This document shows, piece after piece, positions 29,670-38,928 of a DNA stretch of 64,000 nucleotides (position 1 is its first letter; the number at the start of each line of letters is the position of its first letter). The notes beneath the pieces were generated by a model, which worked only from the letters and a program-made list of their open reading frames with translations, was not told the DNA's origin and searched no databases. This DNA comes from an uncultured Pseudomonadota bacterium (GTDB taxonomy: Bacteria > Myxococcota_A > UBA796 > SXON01): NCBI GenBank assembly GCA_903844155.1, contig CAIMSU010000259.1:15808-79807 (forward strand), given 5' to 3'. The position numbers were made by a program, and so were the translations under genes.

Positions 29670-30881
29670 GTGCCCGAGACCGAAGACCCCGTAGCTGCGC
29701 TGCTGGCCCCGCAACTGCCGGTGCGCGCGGCCGCGGCCCGGGACCTTGCCGTCATGGGCTCGCCGGAGCACCTCGACCTGCTCGTCGCCCGGGCGACCGA
29801 CGACCCCTCACCCGGCGTGCGTCTCGGATGTGCCGCAGCGGCCGCGGACATCCTCTCGCGCCACCGCCTCGGCCCCGCCGCCGACGCCGTCCCGGCAGCA
29901 CACCGCGCCGCCCTCCTCCTCGCCGTCGCCAGGGCCGACCCCTCGCACAACGTCGGACTCTTCCAGGTCTGCGGCACCCTGGGCACGGAGGCCGCGATCA
30001 ACCGCATCCTCATCGGCCTGCGGGACCCTCGCTCGGATGTACGCGCAGGCGCGATCGTTGGGGTGATGCGCCTCGCGGAGAGCGCCGGTGCCCCGGAGAA
30101 CCTGGAATCCCGCCTTGTACCCCTGCTGAAGGGCGACCGGGTCCGCCCGGAGACGCAGGCCGAGCTCGCAGGCGTGTACGCGAACCTTGGCTACTGGAGT
30201 GCGCTGGATGGCGCCCGTCGCCTCGCCGAGAGCGCCGCCAAGCGGGTCGCGCTGGTAGCGACGGAGGCGGTCGCCCGCCTCGCGCGCCCGCCTGGGCCCG
30301 ACGGGCTCTGGGTCGACCTGGACGTAGACGCCGGGGAGGTGCGCCCAGACGCCCGCCCGGTCGCGCTGGTGGCGACGGTCGGGGATCGCGTCTACACCGT
30401 GTCGTTGGCGGAGCCCGGGGGCGTAGGGGTGACAACGCGGCCAGACCGGGTCCGACATCTGGTGCTGCGTCGCCCCGGCTCAAAGGAGCCGGCCACGGAG
30501 GTCCTCCAGCTCGCCACCCGCACATTGTGGGCGCAGGACGCCGATGAACAGGTGGAGTTCGGCGACGCGCTCGTTCGCGCCGGGGCGTGGTCGACAATCC
30601 GCGCGGTCGACCCGGTCCTCCCGGCAACCGCGTCCACTTTCCGTTTGCGAGGCGCTGCGGCGTTCACGGCGGGCGCGAACGACGAGGCCCTGGTGGCGCT
30701 AAAGGCCGCCACCGACATGAAAAAATGCCCGGTGGACGCCTGGTACTACTACGGATCGGCCCTGGCGCGTGGGGGCCAGTCAGACGCCGCCCGGGAGTCG
30801 CTGGAGCGGTACGTCGCGCGGGCGCCCAAGAAGGGGTCGTTGCTGCCGCAGGCACGCGCAGCCCTGGGCAGCCTCGGGTAG
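29670..30881 (+). CDS. HEAT-repeat/TPR protein
   Basis: DPSPGVRLGCA and DPRSDVRAGA HEAT-like repeats; C-terminal DAWYYYGSALARGG TPR-like motif. Confidence 0.75.
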   Translation: MPETEDPVAALLAPQLPVRAAAARDLAVMGSPEHLDLLVARATDDPSPGVRLGCAAAAADILSRHRLGPAADAVPAAHRAALLLAVARADPSHNVGLFQVCGTLGTEAAINRILIGLRDPRSDVRAGAIVGVMRLAESAGAPENLESRLVPLLKGDRVRPETQAELAGVYANLGYWSALDGARRLAESAAKRVALVATEAVARLARPPGPDGLWVDLDVDAGEVRPDARPVALVATVGDRVYTVSLAEPGGVGVTTRPDRVRHLVLRRPGSKEPATEVLQLATRTLWAQDADEQVEFGDALVRAGAWSTIRAVDPVLPATASTFRLRGAAAFTAGANDEALVALKAATDMKKCPVDAWYYYGSALARGGQSDAARESLERYVARAPKKGSLLPQARAALGSLG

Positions 30882-30884
30882 GGC

Positions 30885-31229
30885 CTACAGGGGTTCTACC
30901 GGCGCTACGTCGTCCTCGTCGTCGTCCTCATCGTCGTCCGGGTCCCAGTCATCGTCATCGTCGCCGTCGTCCGAGGCGTCGTCGTCGTCGTCTTCGTCGA
31001 ACTCCTCCTCGGCCTCGTCGTCGAGATCGTCAAGGTCGTCGTCCATGTCCTCATCACCGATGTCCGCGGACTCGTCCGTGTCCTCGTCGTCGACGTCGTC
31101 GTCCTCCAGGGCGTCGTCGTCAAAATCATCGTCGTCAAAAGCGTCGTCTCCCGGAGCGGGCGGGTCCGGAGGCGCCGCGTGGACGGGCCATTTCGGGGCG
31201 AGGAGGGCGACAGGGGCGGGGGTCGGCAT
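30885..31229 (-). CDS. Small, extremely acidic (Asp/Glu-rich) protein
   Basis: GGAG RBS-like site upstream of TTG-ATG; Pro/Ala head followed by an ~80-residue D/E tract; regular GAC/GAG codon usage. Confidence 0.6.
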   Translation of the reverse strand: MPTPAPVALLAPKWPVHAAPPDPPAPGDDAFDDDDFDDDALEDDDVDDEDTDESADIGDEDMDDDLDDLDDEAEEEFDEDDDDDASDDGDDDDDWDPDDDEDDDEDDVAPVEPL

Positions 31230-31248
31230 CAAGCTGCTCCGGACGGAT

Positions 31249-31956
31249 TCATATCCCGGCGTGCTCGTCGAGGAAGCGCAGCGCGCGTGCCCAGGCGAGC
31301 TCGGCCGCGTCGCGCTGGTAGCCGGGCCGGTTCGGGTTCATGAACGCGTGCGGGCAGGCCGGATAACGGAAGACCTGGGCCGGAAAAGACCGTCCGGCGA
31401 GCCGCTGCTCAAGGAGGTCGACGTGGCCGGGCGGGGCAACGGGGTCTTCGGCGCCGTAGTGGCACTGGAGCGGGCAGCCGAGGCCGGCGATGAGATCGAG
31501 AGGTTGCACCGGCTTGTTCGGGCTGGTCCCAGCGTAGACGATCCGGCCGTAGAACTCGACTGCGCCCGCGAGCCCCGGGAGCGTGCAGGCGGCCATGCGC
31601 GCGTAGAGCCCGCCGATGCAAAACCCCATGATGAACCTGGGTAGATCTGGAGGGAGCTGGGCGAGCGCGGCCCGGACGTCCGCGAGCGCCTCGGAGTCCA
31701 CGGTGGCCTCAACCGCGGCCATCACGCCGCTCGGGCCCGCAAGATCCAGCTTTCGTCCTTCGCTTCCCCCTCCTCGAGCCGTCCGCCACCACAGGTCGGG
31801 CATAACGACGTCAAAGCCCTCGTCCGCCAGTCGCCGCGCCCACCCGCGCAGCGCGTCGTCGACACCCCAGATCTCTGGCACGAGCACCACGCCCCCGCGC
31901 GTCGAAACATCCGACGTGCTCGTGATCTTCTCCATCGTGCCCGGTCCTGACGGCAT
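31249..31956 (-). CDS. Dienelactone hydrolase family protein
   Basis: EIWG, GFCIGG Cys nucleophile, GAEDP Asp, HAF His. Confidence 0.92.
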   Translation of the reverse strand: MPSGPGTMEKITSTSDVSTRGGVVLVPEIWGVDDALRGWARRLADEGFDVVMPDLWWRTARGGGSEGRKLDLAGPSGVMAAVEATVDSEALADVRAALAQLPPDLPRFIMGFCIGGLYARMAACTLPGLAGAVEFYGRIVYAGTSPNKPVQPLDLIAGLGCPLQCHYGAEDPVAPPGHVDLLEQRLAGRSFPAQVFRYPACPHAFMNPNRPGYQRDAAELAWARALRFLDEHAGI

Positions 31957-31958
31957 GA

Positions 31959-34900
31959 ATGTGGAGTATCCTGTCGCCGATGCGCTCGGTGCTGCGCCAC
32001 CACGAGCCTCCGCAACCGGCCCGGCGATGGCAGGGCCGTCTCCCCATCCTCCTCCTGTTCGCCTCCACCGGCGTCGCCCGCGGCGCCACGGGCGGTCCTT
32101 CCGCCGCAAACCTCGTCTACACCGACTCCGCGGAGCCCGGCGGCCCGACCCACGAGTGGCTCGACGCGACTGGAGGCGATTCCATCGTCCTCGGCGACGA
32201 CGACAGCGCCCCGGTCACCCTCCCCTTCGCCTTCTCCTTCGCCGGTAGTTCCTACTCCAGCGCGACCGTCTCCTCCAACGGCGTCCTCTACTTTGCCGGC
32301 ACCGACACGGACGGCACCACCACCGACCCGAACGGCGCCTGCCCCACAGCCGCGGGCTGGACCGGCATCGCCGTGTTCCAGGACGACCTGGCCGCCAGCA
32401 CCGTGCACACCCGCACGTTCGGCCGCTACCCAGATAGAACCTTTGTTGTTTCATGGGACACCCTGCAGCCTGTCGGAAGCCCGTCCGCCGGTCGCGCGCA
32501 GCTCTGGCTGCTGGAGGGCCGCAACGAGGCCGTCATCGTGCTGGACGACCTCACGTTCGGGGATGCCGGCCACAATGGCGGCGCCAGCGCGTTCATCGGG
32601 GCGGCAGCGGCGGGCGACGGGCTCGCGTACACGTGCGCGGGGGGCGTGCCCGACGGCACCAGCGTCTGGATGGGCGACGAGACCTCGCGGCCGGGGCGGA
32701 TCAACATCCGCACGGACGAGCTGGGCGCGCCGTGGGGGGGCGACATCGACTTTGCCTACGCGGGAACCTCGGTCGCCGCGGGCGACGTGAACGGGGATGG
32801 CGTGGATGATGCGCTGGTTGGCGCGAAGGATCGCGGCTACGGGCAGGCGTATTTGATGCAACGACCGTGGACCGCGGGGACGTTTGACGGGGCCGACGCC
32901 GTCTTCTCCGGCAAGGCCTCGGGCGACGCGTTCGGCACCACGGTGCTGCTCGACGACGTCGATGGCGACGGGCTGGCTGACGCGATCATCGGGGCGCCGT
33001 CCAACGACGATGCGGGCACGAACAAGGGCAAGGTCTACGCCTGGCTCGGCGGCGCGCTCAACGGCAGCTATGCAGCTTCTACCGCTGATTTCACGGCGAA
33101 CGGCGATGCGTCCGACCGCCCGGTCGCCGGCACGTCGCTCTGCGCGAACGCGGACGTGGATGGCGATGGCTACGCGGACCTGCTCGTCGGCGCCCCGGAC
33201 TCGGACCTCGGCGCGACAAATGCTGGTTCCACCTACGTCTACTTCGGACCGCTGGCCGCGGGGAGCCCGACCGCCGGTGCGACGCTCTACTCGGCGACCG
33301 CGTCCGACCGGTTCGGAACGAAGGTTGCGGCCGGGGATCTCGATGGCGACGGCAAGGCCGAGCTGATCGTGTCCTCGCCGCAGAACGACGGCACGGCGTC
33401 GGACGCGGGGGTGGTGTACGTGTACTCGGGCGGGAGTTGGTCAGGTTCCAACGAGGCGACGGCGTCGGCCGACTGCACGTGGAAGGACACCACCGCGTCC
33501 GATCGCTTCGGCTCCTCGCTCCTGGCCGCGGACATCGACGGTTCCGGCGCCCTCGACCTGATCGCGGGCGCTCCGTACGGCAATGGTGCGGCCTCCGACG
33601 CCGGCTATGTCTGGGTGCTCTACGACCCCGGGCTGGGCGGCTGCGAGACGACGACCGCGTCGGCCGATGCTGCCGTCAACGGCATCGCGGCCTCGGCGAA
33701 CCTCGGGATGCAGCTCGCCGCCGGGGACATCGATGGCGACGGCGTCGACGACCTGGTGATCAGCGCCACGAACGGCAAGACCGACGCGGCGGGCGGGGGC
33801 ATCGTCTACGTGTTCACCACGCCGCCCTGGGGGGCGGTCTCGGCTGACGATGCCGACCACGTCGTGCTCGGCGAGTCGACCGGCGGCGCGTTCGGAACCG
33901 GCATCGCGGTCGCGAAGGACGACGACCCGTGGCCAACGCTGCTCGGGACAGCGCCCTACGCCAACGGCTCGCACACGGCGGAGGGCGCGCTCTATTCCTG
34001 GGCGTACACCCCGGACTTTCTGGACGACGACGCCGACGGGTTCGTGGACGTTGGCGCAGGCGGCAACGACTGCAACGACAGTCAGGCCAGCGCCTACCCC
34101 GGAGGGCGCGACGTTTCGGACGGCGGCACCGGATCCGACAACGTGGATGGGGATTGTGACGGTTGGACCGATGGTGTCATCATCGCCCGCGCGGACGAGG
34201 ATGGTTTTGACTACGATCTGGCCGACCTCGGGTACTCCGGCGGTGGTGCGCCGCACACGTTCGATTTCGAGAGCTATGCGGCCGCGGATCTGCTTGGCGA
34301 CTACGTCGGCGACAAGGCGACGCTGTCCTTCTCGCGCGCCGTGTATGCGAGCGACGACGTTTTCGGCACCTTCCCCGACGGTAATATTGGCGCTTCGTTC
34401 GCCCCGGATGTGTACACCGGCATCACGATGAGCTCGACGAGCCCCATCGAGGCGATGTCGTTCTCGCTCCTCGACCCCAACGACACGTTCACGCTCACCG
34501 CGACCGGCTCCGACGGCACCATCACCTTCAATTTCGCCGACAGCGCCAATGACCGCACGGGCGGCAGCTACCACGGCTTCTCCTTCGCTTTTCCCGTCGA
34601 CTCGGTCACGCTCACGCCAGCCGGGGGCGACGGTTTTGGCCTTGACGACATCGCGATCCTCTACGCGACCGAGACCGACCACGACGGCGACGGCTACACC
34701 GAGGACAGCGGCGACTGCGACGACAACCGCGCGGACGTCAACCCGAGCCAGCCCGAGCTGATGGGCGACGGCATCGACAACGACTGCGACGGTGTGATCG
34801 ACGGCGGCGAGGCGGTCGCGTACACCGACGAGGCCACGTGGTTCGCGGCATCCGGCATCGCGGTCGAGCAGAAGATCGACTTTGAACGCCTGTCAGCCAC

Positions 34901-37190
34901 CGATTCGCTGACCACCCAGTACGTCGACCTTGGCGCGCAGTGGGACGCCGGGGCCCTTGGAGCGCGCGACATCGACGGCACCCCTCCCATCGACACCATC
35001 GCCGCCTCGGACGACGGCGGCACGCTCGTCACGTACTTTGAGGTCCAGCAGCCGGCGGTCGGGTTCTACCTGCTGAACGGGAGTGGCACATTCACCGTGG
35101 AGGCCTATCTACACGGTGTATTGTCCTACACAACGGCCATCACCCCCTCGACCGACGACCAATTCGTCGGCATCGACTACGACTACGAGGTGGACGAGAT
35201 CCACATCGTCCCGCCGACTGCAGGGGACGGAACCCCTGACCTCTATGGCATCGACAACCTCGTCTACTCGGCGCTGAGCCTGGACGACAAGGATGGCGAC
35301 GGACAGACCGCGGCAGAGGGCGACTGCAACGACAGCGACCCCACGGTGTACACCGGTGCGACAGACACGCCCTACGACGGCGTCGACTCCAACTGTTCGT
35401 CGTGGGACACCAATACAAGCAACGACAATGACTACGATGCCGATGGCGACGGGTATGCGTCGAGTGCGTACGGCGGGACGGACTGCAATGACAGCAACGC
35501 CGCCGTGAACCCGGACGCGACCGAGACCTACTACGACCGCGTCGACCAGAATTGTGACGGTCAGAACGACTACGACTCCGACGGCGACGGGTATGTCTCA
35601 CAGGCCTGGGGCGGCACGGACTGCAACGACAGTAGCTCGGCTGTCAGCCCGGACGCGACCGAGACCTACTACGACGGCGTCGATCAGAATTGCGATGGTC
35701 AGAACGACTACGACTCCGATGGCGACGGCTACGTCAGCGCCGCCTACGGTGGCACCGACTGCAACGACGGGTCCGCGACGACCAACCCGGACGCGACCGA
35801 GATCCCCTACGACGGCATCGACGAGAACTGCTCCGGCGGCAGTGTCATCGACGACTACGACGCGGACGGCGACGGCTATGTCTCGGCAGCCTATGGAGGA
35901 ACGGACTGCCGCGATGACGTCGCCAGCGCCTACCCGCATGCCCCCGGGGAGATCTGCTACGACGGCATCGACACCGATTGCGACGGGGCCAGCGACTATG
36001 ACTGCGATGGCGACGGCTACGACTCGATCGACTACGGGGGGACCGACTGCGACGACTCCGACGACACGATAAATCCAGGCGCAACCGACATCATGGGTGA
36101 CGGCATCGACTCCAACTGCGACGACGCGCCCGACTACGACTTTGACGGCGATGGCTTTGATGACATGGCCGACGGCGGCACCGACTGCGATGACACCAAC
36201 CCAGACATCTACCCGGGTGCGGTGGATGACTGTTACGACGGCATCGACGCGGATTGCGCGGGCGACGACGATTTTGACTGCGACAAGGACGGCGACGACT
36301 CGGATCTGTACGGCGGCGGCGACTGTGCCGATGACAACCCCGAGATCTCGTCGTTGATGGAAGATTTTCCCTACGACGGCGTCGACATGAACTGCGACGG
36401 TCTGGATGACTACGACGCCGATGGCGACGGCCACGACTCGATCTGGTACGGCGGCGATGACTGTAACGATGACGACGCGACCATCCACCCCGGTGCTGTG
36501 GACGCCTGCTACGACGGCATCGACAGCGACTGCGACAGCACTTTCAGCGACGACGACTGCGATCACGACGGCTACGCGATCCTGACGGCCTCCGACGCGC
36601 CTGACGACCCGACGAAGGACTGCGACGACACCGACGCGACCGTCCACCCCGGCGCGACCGAGATCGCCGGCGACGGCATCGACCAGGACTGCTCTGGCGC
36701 CGACCTGTGCTCCGACTGCGATGGCGATGGGCACGTGGACGTTGCCTACGGCGGCGACGATCCCGATGACACCGACCCGAACGTGTACCCCGGTGCGCCC
36801 GGCTCGGACTCGGGGGTCGACAGCGGCGAAACGGACAGTGCCCGAAGCGACACCGCAGCCGCGGGCGACACCGCCCGCTCGGACACTGCCCGCTCCGACA
36901 CTGCGCGCGACTCGGGGGGCGGCGATGCGGACACGGACACCGATTCAGACACAGACACTGACGCAGACGCGGACACCGACACGGACTCCGACACCGCCAC
37001 AGACACAGACACCAGCGCCAACGCCGACTCTGGCGACTGGCTGCCGGACTCCGGGTACGACACCGGGCCCTACCTGACGAACGTCACCGTCACGCCGACG
37101 GGGACGTGCGGTTGTGCTAGCGGCGGGGATTCGGCTGGGTTCGCGGGGCTGCTCCTCGCGCTGGCGATCACCAGAAAACACCGGTCGTAA
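31959..37190 (+). CDS. Large surface protein: NIDO-like domain, 7 FG-GAP repeats, ~13 MopE-like metal-binding repeats, MYXO-CTERM-like anchor
   Basis: LGDDD..V.LPF.F.F...Y....VSSNG N-domain; seven FG-GAP-type blades; repeated DxDGDG..DC.D..P.A.E..YDG.D.NC; C-terminal CGCASGG + hydrophobic helix + RKHRS. Start may be 31980. Confidence 0.9.
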   Translation: MWSILSPMRSVLRHHEPPQPARRWQGRLPILLLFASTGVARGATGGPSAANLVYTDSAEPGGPTHEWLDATGGDSIVLGDDDSAPVTLPFAFSFAGSSYSSATVSSNGVLYFAGTDTDGTTTDPNGACPTAAGWTGIAVFQDDLAASTVHTRTFGRYPDRTFVVSWDTLQPVGSPSAGRAQLWLLEGRNEAVIVLDDLTFGDAGHNGGASAFIGAAAAGDGLAYTCAGGVPDGTSVWMGDETSRPGRINIRTDELGAPWGGDIDFAYAGTSVAAGDVNGDGVDDALVGAKDRGYGQAYLMQRPWTAGTFDGADAVFSGKASGDAFGTTVLLDDVDGDGLADAIIGAPSNDDAGTNKGKVYAWLGGALNGSYAASTADFTANGDASDRPVAGTSLCANADVDGDGYADLLVGAPDSDLGATNAGSTYVYFGPLAAGSPTAGATLYSATASDRFGTKVAAGDLDGDGKAELIVSSPQNDGTASDAGVVYVYSGGSWSGSNEATASADCTWKDTTASDRFGSSLLAADIDGSGALDLIAGAPYGNGAASDAGYVWVLYDPGLGGCETTTASADAAVNGIAASANLGMQLAAGDIDGDGVDDLVISATNGKTDAAGGGIVYVFTTPPWGAVSADDADHVVLGESTGGAFGTGIAVAKDDDPWPTLLGTAPYANGSHTAEGALYSWAYTPDFLDDDADGFVDVGAGGNDCNDSQASAYPGGRDVSDGGTGSDNVDGDCDGWTDGVIIARADEDGFDYDLADLGYSGGGAPHTFDFESYAAADLLGDYVGDKATLSFSRAVYASDDVFGTFPDGNIGASFAPDVYTGITMSSTSPIEAMSFSLLDPNDTFTLTATGSDGTITFNFADSANDRTGGSYHGFSFAFPVDSVTLTPAGGDGFGLDDIAILYATETDHDGDGYTEDSGDCDDNRADVNPSQPELMGDGIDNDCDGVIDGGEAVAYTDEATWFAASGIAVEQKIDFERLSATDSLTTQYVDLGAQWDAGALGARDIDGTPPIDTIAASDDGGTLVTYFEVQQPAVGFYLLNGSGTFTVEAYLHGVLSYTTAITPSTDDQFVGIDYDYEVDEIHIVPPTAGDGTPDLYGIDNLVYSALSLDDKDGDGQTAAEGDCNDSDPTVYTGATDTPYDGVDSNCSSWDTNTSNDNDYDADGDGYASSAYGGTDCNDSNAAVNPDATETYYDRVDQNCDGQNDYDSDGDGYVSQAWGGTDCNDSSSAVSPDATETYYDGVDQNCDGQNDYDSDGDGYVSAAYGGTDCNDGSATTNPDATEIPYDGIDENCSGGSVIDDYDADGDGYVSAAYGGTDCRDDVASAYPHAPGEICYDGIDTDCDGASDYDCDGDGYDSIDYGGTDCDDSDDTINPGATDIMGDGIDSNCDDAPDYDFDGDGFDDMADGGTDCDDTNPDIYPGAVDDCYDGIDADCAGDDDFDCDKDGDDSDLYGGGDCADDNPEISSLMEDFPYDGVDMNCDGLDDYDADGDGHDSIWYGGDDCNDDDATIHPGAVDACYDGIDSDCDSTFSDDDCDHDGYAILTASDAPDDPTKDCDDTDATVHPGATEIAGDGIDQDCSGADLCSDCDGDGHVDVAYGGDDPDDTDPNVYPGAPGSDSGVDSGETDSARSDTAAAGDTARSDTARSDTARDSGGGDADTDTDSDTDTDADADTDTDSDTATDTDTSANADSGDWLPDSGYDTGPYLTNVTVTPTGTCGCASGGDSAGFAGLLLALAITRKHRS
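35281..36800 (+). repeat. Intragenic tandem repeats, ~138-nt (46-aa) period
   Basis: ccggacgcgaccgag recurs at 35511, 35649 and 35787 (138-nt spacing); about 10 contiguous units plus one partial. Confidence 0.9.
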
Positions 37191-37217
37191 GCCAACTCCT
37201 GCCGCACCTACAAGCCC

Positions 37218-37249
37218 CCCGTCTCAGAAACGCCCTACGCGATTCTGAG
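37218..37249 (+). repeat. REP-like palindromic repeat, copy 2 (may also act as a terminator between convergent genes)
   Basis: Identical to 6619..6650; the stem here extends to ccccc-cgtctcagaa / ttctgagacg-aggggg. Confidence 0.85.
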
Positions 37250-37348
37250 ACGAGGGGGAAAATGGGGAGCGAGAAGCGAAGAAAGAGCAGGATGTTTGAG
37301 GCAAAGGCAAACCGACTCAACAGTCGCTTTGTTGTGCCCGCTGCCGCG

Positions 37349-38197
37349 CTACCGCCCGTTCCTCGCCGACCACCCCGGGTCGACGAGTTCAATCGACATC
37401 GCCGACGGCTCGTGCCCAGGATCACAACGGTATTTCGTGAAGTCGGTGACGCCCGCGTCACGCAGCACGTCCTCGTCCAGCCACGCGCGGAACGAGCACT
37501 TACGCGGGTCCCGCGAGAGCAATTCCACCGTCGCATCCGAGAGGATGTCGGGCGTGCGCCATTCGGCGTCGTCCCCCATGCCAAGGTTCACGGTCGCGGC
37601 GGTCTTGATTGCGGTGACGGGCCAGAGCGCGTGGGCGGCGATGCCGTTCGACTTCTCCTCGGCGTCGATGGCCATCGCGAGGATGGTCATGCCAAGCTTT
37701 GAGACGAGGTAAGGACCTTTTCCCGGCGCAGCGGCAGCGTTGATGGGCGGCGACATCATCAGCACGTGCCCGCCCCCGGCGGCGCGCATGTGCGGGATCG
37801 CGGCGCGTGAAATCGCGAACGCGGCCCGGACGTTCACCGAAAACACCAGGTCAAACTTCTTCTGTGACCACTCGGCCACCGGCGACCAGAAGATCGCCCC
37901 GGCGTTGTTGATGACCGCATCGACCCGTCCAAAACGCTTGACCGAGGCTTCGATGACGCCCGTGCACTGTTCGGCGTCCCGAGCGTCGAACGGCACGACG
38001 AGCGCCTGCCCACCCGCGGCCTCGACCGCTCGCGCCGTGTCGTGCAACGTCCCCGGCAATCGCGGGTCCGGGTCGACGGTCTTGGCCGCCAACACCAGCT
38101 TCGCCCCCTCCCGCGCGCACGCGACCGCGCACGCCTCGCCAACGCCCCGGCTCGCACCTGTGATCACCACGACCTTCCCCTGCATCCGTCCTGCCAT
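37349..38197 (-). CDS. Short-chain dehydrogenase/reductase (HSDL2-like)
   Basis: TGASRGVG, NNAG, YLVSK catalytic YxxxK, ALWP.TAI.TAA. Confidence 0.92.
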   Translation of the reverse strand: MAGRMQGKVVVITGASRGVGEACAVACAREGAKLVLAAKTVDPDPRLPGTLHDTARAVEAAGGQALVVPFDARDAEQCTGVIEASVKRFGRVDAVINNAGAIFWSPVAEWSQKKFDLVFSVNVRAAFAISRAAIPHMRAAGGGHVLMMSPPINAAAAPGKGPYLVSKLGMTILAMAIDAEEKSNGIAAHALWPVTAIKTAATVNLGMGDDAEWRTPDILSDATVELLSRDPRKCSFRAWLDEDVLRDAGVTDFTKYRCDPGHEPSAMSIELVDPGWSARNGR

Positions 38198-38226
38198 CGT
38201 CGCTCCCGATTGAGGCATCGCCCCAG

Positions 38227-38904
38227 CTAGTTGTCCCAGTTGACCGGCTTTCCCCCTGCCCCTCCGCCCTCATGCACCGCGAACCGTCGCGCTACCTGAG
38301 CGCGCTGGCGCTGGTTGCGGAATCGTCGCAGGCCACCTTGATCGATGTACTGGAACACGAAGACGGAGAGCCAGGCGGCGACGGACGCCCAGGTGACATT
38401 CCCCGGCATGAACGCCAGCCAGAGCAGCGCGTAGACACCAGAGCCCCACGCCATCCAGATCGCCGGGACCGGCAGCACGAACATCAGCAGGACCTGCGCG
38501 TCTCCCGCGTAGAAGCCGAACAAGCTGATGAGCGCGAGCAGGAGCGGCTCGTAGCCGACGTACATCGTGCTCGGCAGCGGGGTGAACGCGAGCAAAAGGA
38601 GCGTGCTGACGACGATGCCCGCCCACGTCGCCAGCACCGCGTACGCGAGCTTCCGATTGCCCAGCACCCGCTGCGTCATGCCGACGAGGAAGAAGATGCC
38701 GACCCACCCGAACGCCGCGGTCTTCGGGTCCGGGCCCGTCAGCAGGAACGCCGTCAACGGCTGCCAGGGCATGAAGCCGCCGCCGAACGGAAGCCACGCA
38801 AACAACCGATAGAGCAGCATCCCGGTCGCCAACTGCGCGATGTAGATCAGGAAGCTCACGATCAGCAGCGTGCGCGAGAGCGGGGTGAAGTTCTGCTGAA
38901 GCAT
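38227..38904 (-). CDS. Rhomboid-fold membrane protein lacking catalytic Ser/His
   Basis: WQPLTAFLL, E/Q-R-x-x-G loop and LLMFVLPV match rhomboids; GASG position reads GYEP; no C-terminal catalytic His. Confidence 0.7.
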   Translation of the reverse strand: MLQQNFTPLSRTLLIVSFLIYIAQLATGMLLYRLFAWLPFGGGFMPWQPLTAFLLTGPDPKTAAFGWVGIFFLVGMTQRVLGNRKLAYAVLATWAGIVVSTLLLLAFTPLPSTMYVGYEPLLLALISLFGFYAGDAQVLLMFVLPVPAIWMAWGSGVYALLWLAFMPGNVTWASVAAWLSVFVFQYIDQGGLRRFRNQRQRAQVARRFAVHEGGGAGGKPVNWDN

Positions 38905-38928
38905 CGCCTCTCCCTCTATCGCGCCGGA

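Noticed and set aside
37190-38904. Rhomboid-like gene as the sortase for the nearby MYXO-CTERM-like protein
   Set aside because: It lacks catalytic residues, is on the opposite strand with an SDR between them, and rhombosortases are known for GlyGly-CTERM rather than MYXO-CTERM.
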